From: an uncultured Nitrospiraceae bacterium
Lineage (GTDB): Bacteria; Nitrospirota; Thermodesulfovibrionia; Thermodesulfovibrionales; SM23-35
Assembly: GCA_963727775.1 (NCBI GenBank)
Contig: CAVSHB010000004.1
Location: 312,589 to 376,588 of the forward strand
Length of the DNA stretch: 64,000 nt
Direction: 5' to 3'
In this document: positions 59,139 to 64,000 of the stretch, one piece after another
Layout: each line of letters opens with the position of its first letter
Position numbering within the stretch: position 1 is the stretch's first letter
Made by a program: the position numbers and the translations under genes
Notes under the pieces: model-generated
What the model saw: only the letters and a program-made list of their open reading frames with translations
What the model was told of the DNA's origin: nothing
Databases searched by the model: none

Positions 59139-60842
59139 ATGGAACTGTTAAATGATCAAAAAAAAATAAATCGTTTCTACGAGGATTTTAGTTTGCGAAA
59201 TGGACTTTGGCATCCACAGGGGGAGGCGAACCTAATCCATTATACCGACGGCGACGACACAGAGACTTATCTTTCCCAAGTTTTGCATGATGCCAAGGAT
59301 TTGAGTAGTTGTTCACCAGAATTAGTTCTTGCTATCAGGGATTGGCCATCCTTGTATCATCTTTCGTCGGAAAGAGCTAATCTACTGAGAGGTCTGCAGA
59401 TTGTCAAAGAAGCTAACATTCTGGAATTAGGCAGCGGTTGCGGTGCTTTAACTCGGTATCTTGCTGAAAACTATGCCCATGTGACCGCAATTGAAGGAAG
59501 TCCGATACGCGCCAAATTGACACAATTACGTTGCAAAGATTTGCATAATGTAGATGTGATTGTATCCAATATTGATGCTGTGTCATTTGCAAATACCTTT
59601 GATGTTGTGACACTAGTAGGTGTTTTGGAATATGCAACTCTATTTTGGCGTGGTAATGGTAACCCATATGAACAACTTTTGCTAAAGTCGTTTGACATGC
59701 TATCAGAAAATGGAGTCTTGATACTTTCTATAGAAAATAAATTTGGTATCAAATATTTTTCAGGTTGCAGAGAAGATCATCTAAATCATTTGTTTGTTGG
59801 AATTGAAGGCTATCCAGATAACAATACAGTGATGACGTTTAGTAAATATGAGCTTGAAGCCATGATTCGTAAAGCTGGGTTCAGACATTCCCAATTTTTG
59901 CTCCCTTTCCCCGATTATAAAATTGTTTCTACCGTAATAAACAGTGAATATACTTCACATAGTAGTTTCCTAAAGTATAATCTGATCGATTGGTGCCGGC
60001 AAACGTCTCAAGATTACAGCAAAGAGCGTTACTACCTTTTTAATGAGCATCTCGCGCTTGCCAATTTTGCCACCAGCAACCTATTCACAAACTTTGCCAA
60101 TTCATTCCTCGTTATAGCCTGGAAGAATTATACCCCGATGAAAAGCTCTGTCGCGAAAGTAAGGTGGATAGCCCAAAAATTTAATACTATGCGACGTGCA
60201 GAGTACCAGACAAGCACTGTTTTAGAAAAAAATAATAGTAAAGTGATAATACGGAAAAGACGCTTAAATGATAATCAACTGTCGGACTTATCTTTGCTCA
60301 AACATTTAATTACGCCAGAGAGTAAATATTTATTAGGTAGAATCTCCTTGTCATATCTAATGTTGAGAGCTCTTAGGCAAGTTTCTGATGCCGAGGACTC
60401 TTTTTTGAAAGTTATTGAGCTATGGATCAATTTTTTGAAGAAAAAAACCAAAAGATGCGACAATAGACTTCCAGCAGATTATCTCGATTGCATACCAGAC
60501 AACCTACTGATGGACGAGAAGGGTAGACTTAAATATATAGATGTTGAATGGCGTTGGAGTGAACCTGTTCCTTTAGATTGGGTTATTTTAAGGGGCTTGT
60601 TAGGATTTTGGTTGAATTATAAATATTGGATCGATCAAACACTAATGAAAGGCAATTACAAATTCTACGAATTTATTAACCGGTGTTTGGGGCATGTGGA
60701 TATGAATATTGAACAAGAAAGATTATTGGAATTAATTATGCTGGAGAAGCGGCTGCAAGAGATGGTTGTTCTAAGTCATCCGCTTGACTTCAATTTTCTT
60801 CTTGAAACTACTTTTTCATCTAATGAAACTTGCTTGAGATGA
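59139..60842 (+). CDS. Class I SAM-dependent methyltransferase-domain protein (polysaccharide locus type)
   Basis: ILELGSGCGALTR, FDVVTLVGVLEY, IENKFGIKYFSGCREDH, FPDYK; AT-rich. Confidence 0.8.
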   Translation: MELLNDQKKINRFYEDFSLRNGLWHPQGEANLIHYTDGDDTETYLSQVLHDAKDLSSCSPELVLAIRDWPSLYHLSSERANLLRGLQIVKEANILELGSGCGALTRYLAENYAHVTAIEGSPIRAKLTQLRCKDLHNVDVIVSNIDAVSFANTFDVVTLVGVLEYATLFWRGNGNPYEQLLLKSFDMLSENGVLILSIENKFGIKYFSGCREDHLNHLFVGIEGYPDNNTVMTFSKYELEAMIRKAGFRHSQFLLPFPDYKIVSTVINSEYTSHSSFLKYNLIDWCRQTSQDYSKERYYLFNEHLALANFATSNLFTNFANSFLVIAWKNYTPMKSSVAKVRWIAQKFNTMRRAEYQTSTVLEKNNSKVIIRKRRLNDNQLSDLSLLKHLITPESKYLLGRISLSYLMLRALRQVSDAEDSFLKVIELWINFLKKKTKRCDNRLPADYLDCIPDNLLMDEKGRLKYIDVEWRWSEPVPLDWVILRGLLGFWLNYKYWIDQTLMKGNYKFYEFINRCLGHVDMNIEQERLLELIMLEKRLQEMVVLSHPLDFNFLLETTFSSNETCLR

Positions 60843-61003
60843 AAAATATAAAAGCTATTAGTCTCTTCATAATTCTAATGGCTTGCTCGTGCGTATTCCC
60901 CAGCTAGAATGAATTTGGAACATTAATAATAGAAATAGAGCAAACTCTGTCATTGCTCATTGTGGCCCAGAAATAGGACCTAAGCAGCATAAAGGAGAAA
61001 ACA

Positions 61004-64000
61004 ATGAGATTAGAGAATAGAGCACCAGATAATAATTTTTCTGCTGGTCTTATTAGAGAGCGTGACCACTCTGAGAACGAACCATCGAGAAAGACCAATA
61101 ATACCTATGATATTTTAATTCCAATCCATAATGCCTATGAATATGTGAAACAATGCATAGAGAGTGTTCTAAAATATACGCCGCCAATTCATTCTGTTAT
61201 TCTTCTTGATGATGCGAGCACAGACCCACAAATCCGTCCCTTGTTATTATCATTTGAGAAAAGTTACGAGCATGTTAAGTTTTATGAAAGCAAAAAAAAT
61301 ATCGGTTTTGTGAAAAATATAAATCGAGGTCTTTTTTTGTCGCATAATAATGTTATTATTCTCAACTCAGATACCGTAGTAACGCCCCATTGGCTGGAGA
61401 GATTGGATCAGTGTCTGAGAAGTGATTCATCAATCGGTATAATCTCGCCTTTATCCAATAACGCTACAATTTTGTCCGTTCCGATAATGAATACTAATAA
61501 TAAACTGCCTGAAAGTGTCACGCCTGAGATTTTTGCGGAGATAATATCTAGTTGTTCCCAAAAAGAATATCCAGACATCCCTACAGCTGTAGGTTTTTGT
61601 ATGTTGATCGCTCGCAAGACATTAGATAAGATAGGTCCATTTGACATTTCTTATGGCTTGGGTTATGGGGAGGAAAATGACTATTGTTTGCGAGCGTTAC
61701 AATTAGGAATTAGAGTAGTTTGTTGTGACGATGCATATGTTCATCATTATGGAGAAGCATCTTTCGGGAAAATAGACGATATCCATCAAAGACGGCAAAA
61801 GAACTTTGAGCTGTTAGGACGGCGCTGGCCAAGTTATCAAGAGGAGGTTTTTGGCTTTTGTAGAAAAAATCCTCTTAGGATAATTCAAGAAAGGATTGCT
61901 GCTGCGCTTCATAGACATTTGAATCCTTCAGAAAAGCGCCCTCATATATTACACGTGATACACGATTTCAAATTCAATGTTCCAGGTGGAACCGATCTAC
62001 ATACCGGCAATATTATAGATGGCCTAGCATCTCGATACCGCTCAACGGTAATTTCCCCACTTCGCCAGCCAGAGCTTTGGAGTGACATGTCTGAAGAGCG
62101 TACAAAAAATAATATTCGAATTTTACAATTGCTCAGGAAAATGCAGAAATCAATGAGTTCTTTAATTGTTTCCCCGCTGAGCTGAGGAACGAGATCATAG
62201 AAGAAAATTTTAGGCGTCTACTTGCCGGAAGTGATTATGATATTATTCATTTTCAGCATTTAGGCAGATGGGCTACGCTATATTTACCTTTCATCGCGAA
62301 ATCCCTGGATAAGAAAGTCGTTATTTCCATTCACGATTATTTCTTTTTATGTCCTGAACATAATCTTGTTCTTCCTCAAATTATTCGCTGCGGAAAAATA
62401 CGAGCAAATTGGCAAGATGAAACATGTCTTCTCTGTCTTTCGCAGAAAAGGCATGTCTTAAATTACAATAATGTTAAGAATTTGAAAGATTATCTGTCTG
62501 ATCGCTTTGAAATAATTAAAGATATAATGCAAATTGCTGATGTAATAGTTGCTCCCTCCGTAACGGTGACTGAACATTTCATTAAAGCCTTTGGAGAATC
62601 AGTAAGAGAAAAAATGCAAGTGATTCCTCATGGTGTCAATGTGACAGGCCATTGCAGAAGACCTCAAAGATCAAATGTTTTCAAGGTGGGATTTTCGCGG
62701 AAATATAACGATAGAAAAGGAGCAGTGGTACTTCTTGAAACTATTCATAGACTTCGGGATAGGCCATTCCACTTCGAAAATGTTCGAACGATCGAAGAAC
62801 GTTTCAGGTCTTATGCGGAATCATTAAACCTCAAAATTCGCGGCACTTACTCAGCAAAAAATCTTCTTCCCTTTTAGAGCAGGTAGACTTAGTTTTGATT
62901 ATTTCTGTCTGGGCGGAGACATTTTGCCTGACGTTAAGTGAGGCACAGGCTCTTGGTGTCCCCCTGATAGTATCAGATATTGGTGCATTAAGAGAACGAA
63001 TTATTGATGGTAAAACAGGCTTTCTTATTCCTCCAGGTGATTCTAATGCTCTTGAAATGAGGCTTCGTGAATTAGCGAATGATCCAAATTCATTACAACC
63101 AATAATAGAAGGGCTGAAGAATATAAAAATAAAAACCTTGAATGAAAATGTCGTGGATTATCATAGATTGTACTCCGAGTTATTGGGAAACGAAGGCGAT
63201 ATTCAACCGTTTTCCACTCCCGATACATCGGAGTCAGGGGAAACAGAAGTCCCATCATTTCGTTCGTTGCTTCAAAAAGGGCTTACCTCCATCGTCATCC
63301 TTACCTACAATGAACTCAGTTACACAAAGAAATGTATAAGGAGCATACAAAAACACACTCCCATCGCTCACGAGATCATCTTTGTGGATAATGGCTCCAG
63401 GGACGGTACGGTGAGATGGCTGAGAAATCTTGTCCAGGAGAACTCAAATTACAAGCTAATCGAAAACGAGAGAAATCTCGGTTTTGCAAAAGGCTGCAAT
63501 CAAGGCATTTTGGAATCTTCAGGCGAATATATCCTGCTCCTTAATAATGACGTGGTCGTTACAGATGGATGGCTTTCAGGTATGCTTGAATGCCTGAACA
63601 GCTCTACTGAGACCGGCATTGTGGGACCGATGACAAACAATGTGACCGGGCTACAAAAGATCGAAAACAGCGGCTATGTTTCTGTAGACCATTTTGATGA
63701 TTACGCTAAATCATTCAGGGAGAGATATAGATATCGCCGCATTCCTTCGGCAAGGTTGGTTGGTTTTTGTATGATGTTCAGACGCAAACTAGTGGAAAGT
63801 ATCGATCTTATAGATGAACGTTTTGGTACAGGCGGTTATGAGGATCAGGATTACTGCTTGAGGGCAGAATTAGAAGGATACAGGAACCTTATTGCCGGTG
63901 ATGTATTCATTTAAGAATCATCCGGAAGCAGGAGCTTTATAGGAAGCAGGATAAATTATGCAAAGGATAAAAACTGGAAGATTTTTTCACATAAATGGTC
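61004..64000 (+). pseudogene. Multidomain glycosyltransferase (GT2-GT4-GT2) with frameshifts and a nonsense codon
   Basis: GT2 (LLDDAS, LNSDT, GEEND) at 61004-62130. Shift to GT4 (DIIHFQHL, SIHDYF). Shift near 62870 to ETFCLTLSEA. Second GT2 (VDNGS, LNND, EDQD), then TAA at 63912 followed by in-frame GSRSFIG. Confidence 0.75.

Overview
Bacterial chromosomal segment; gene content and order resemble Nitrospirota/Thermodesulfovibrionia, which is my inference. It is mostly housekeeping: thrS-infC-rpmI-rplT-pheS/pheT, def-fmt, rpe, pgsA, nadA, a cobalamin riboswitch with a btuB-like receptor and tonB, nagZ, 6S RNA-rny-ymdB, tpiA-secG, trpB2, lysS-lolE-lolD, cdaA-cdaR-glmM and tRNA-fMet. A lower-GC, decaying methyltransferase/glycosyltransferase region follows the tRNA. 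The standout is comEC (minus strand, 47669-53541), split into three pieces by four mobile elements: (i) a tnpA-only IS200 element (52808-53410); (ii) an ORF-less group IIC intron inserted exactly at that element's right end (51130-52807); (iii) a second ORF-less group II intron nested inside the first (51805-52658); and (iv) a TnpB-only IS1341-type element (48988-50260). Removing all four at their predicted junctions restores one uninterrupted 772-aa ComEC frame. The IIC intron's EBS1 matches the IS right-end motif, and the predicted TnpB guide matches the repaired comEC allele. Other points: an IS1202-type element with a 16-bp target duplication, probable AUU (thrS) and AUA (infC) starts, many apparently leaderless genes, a structured rny leader, and two sigma54-driven alanine-zipper lipoproteins.
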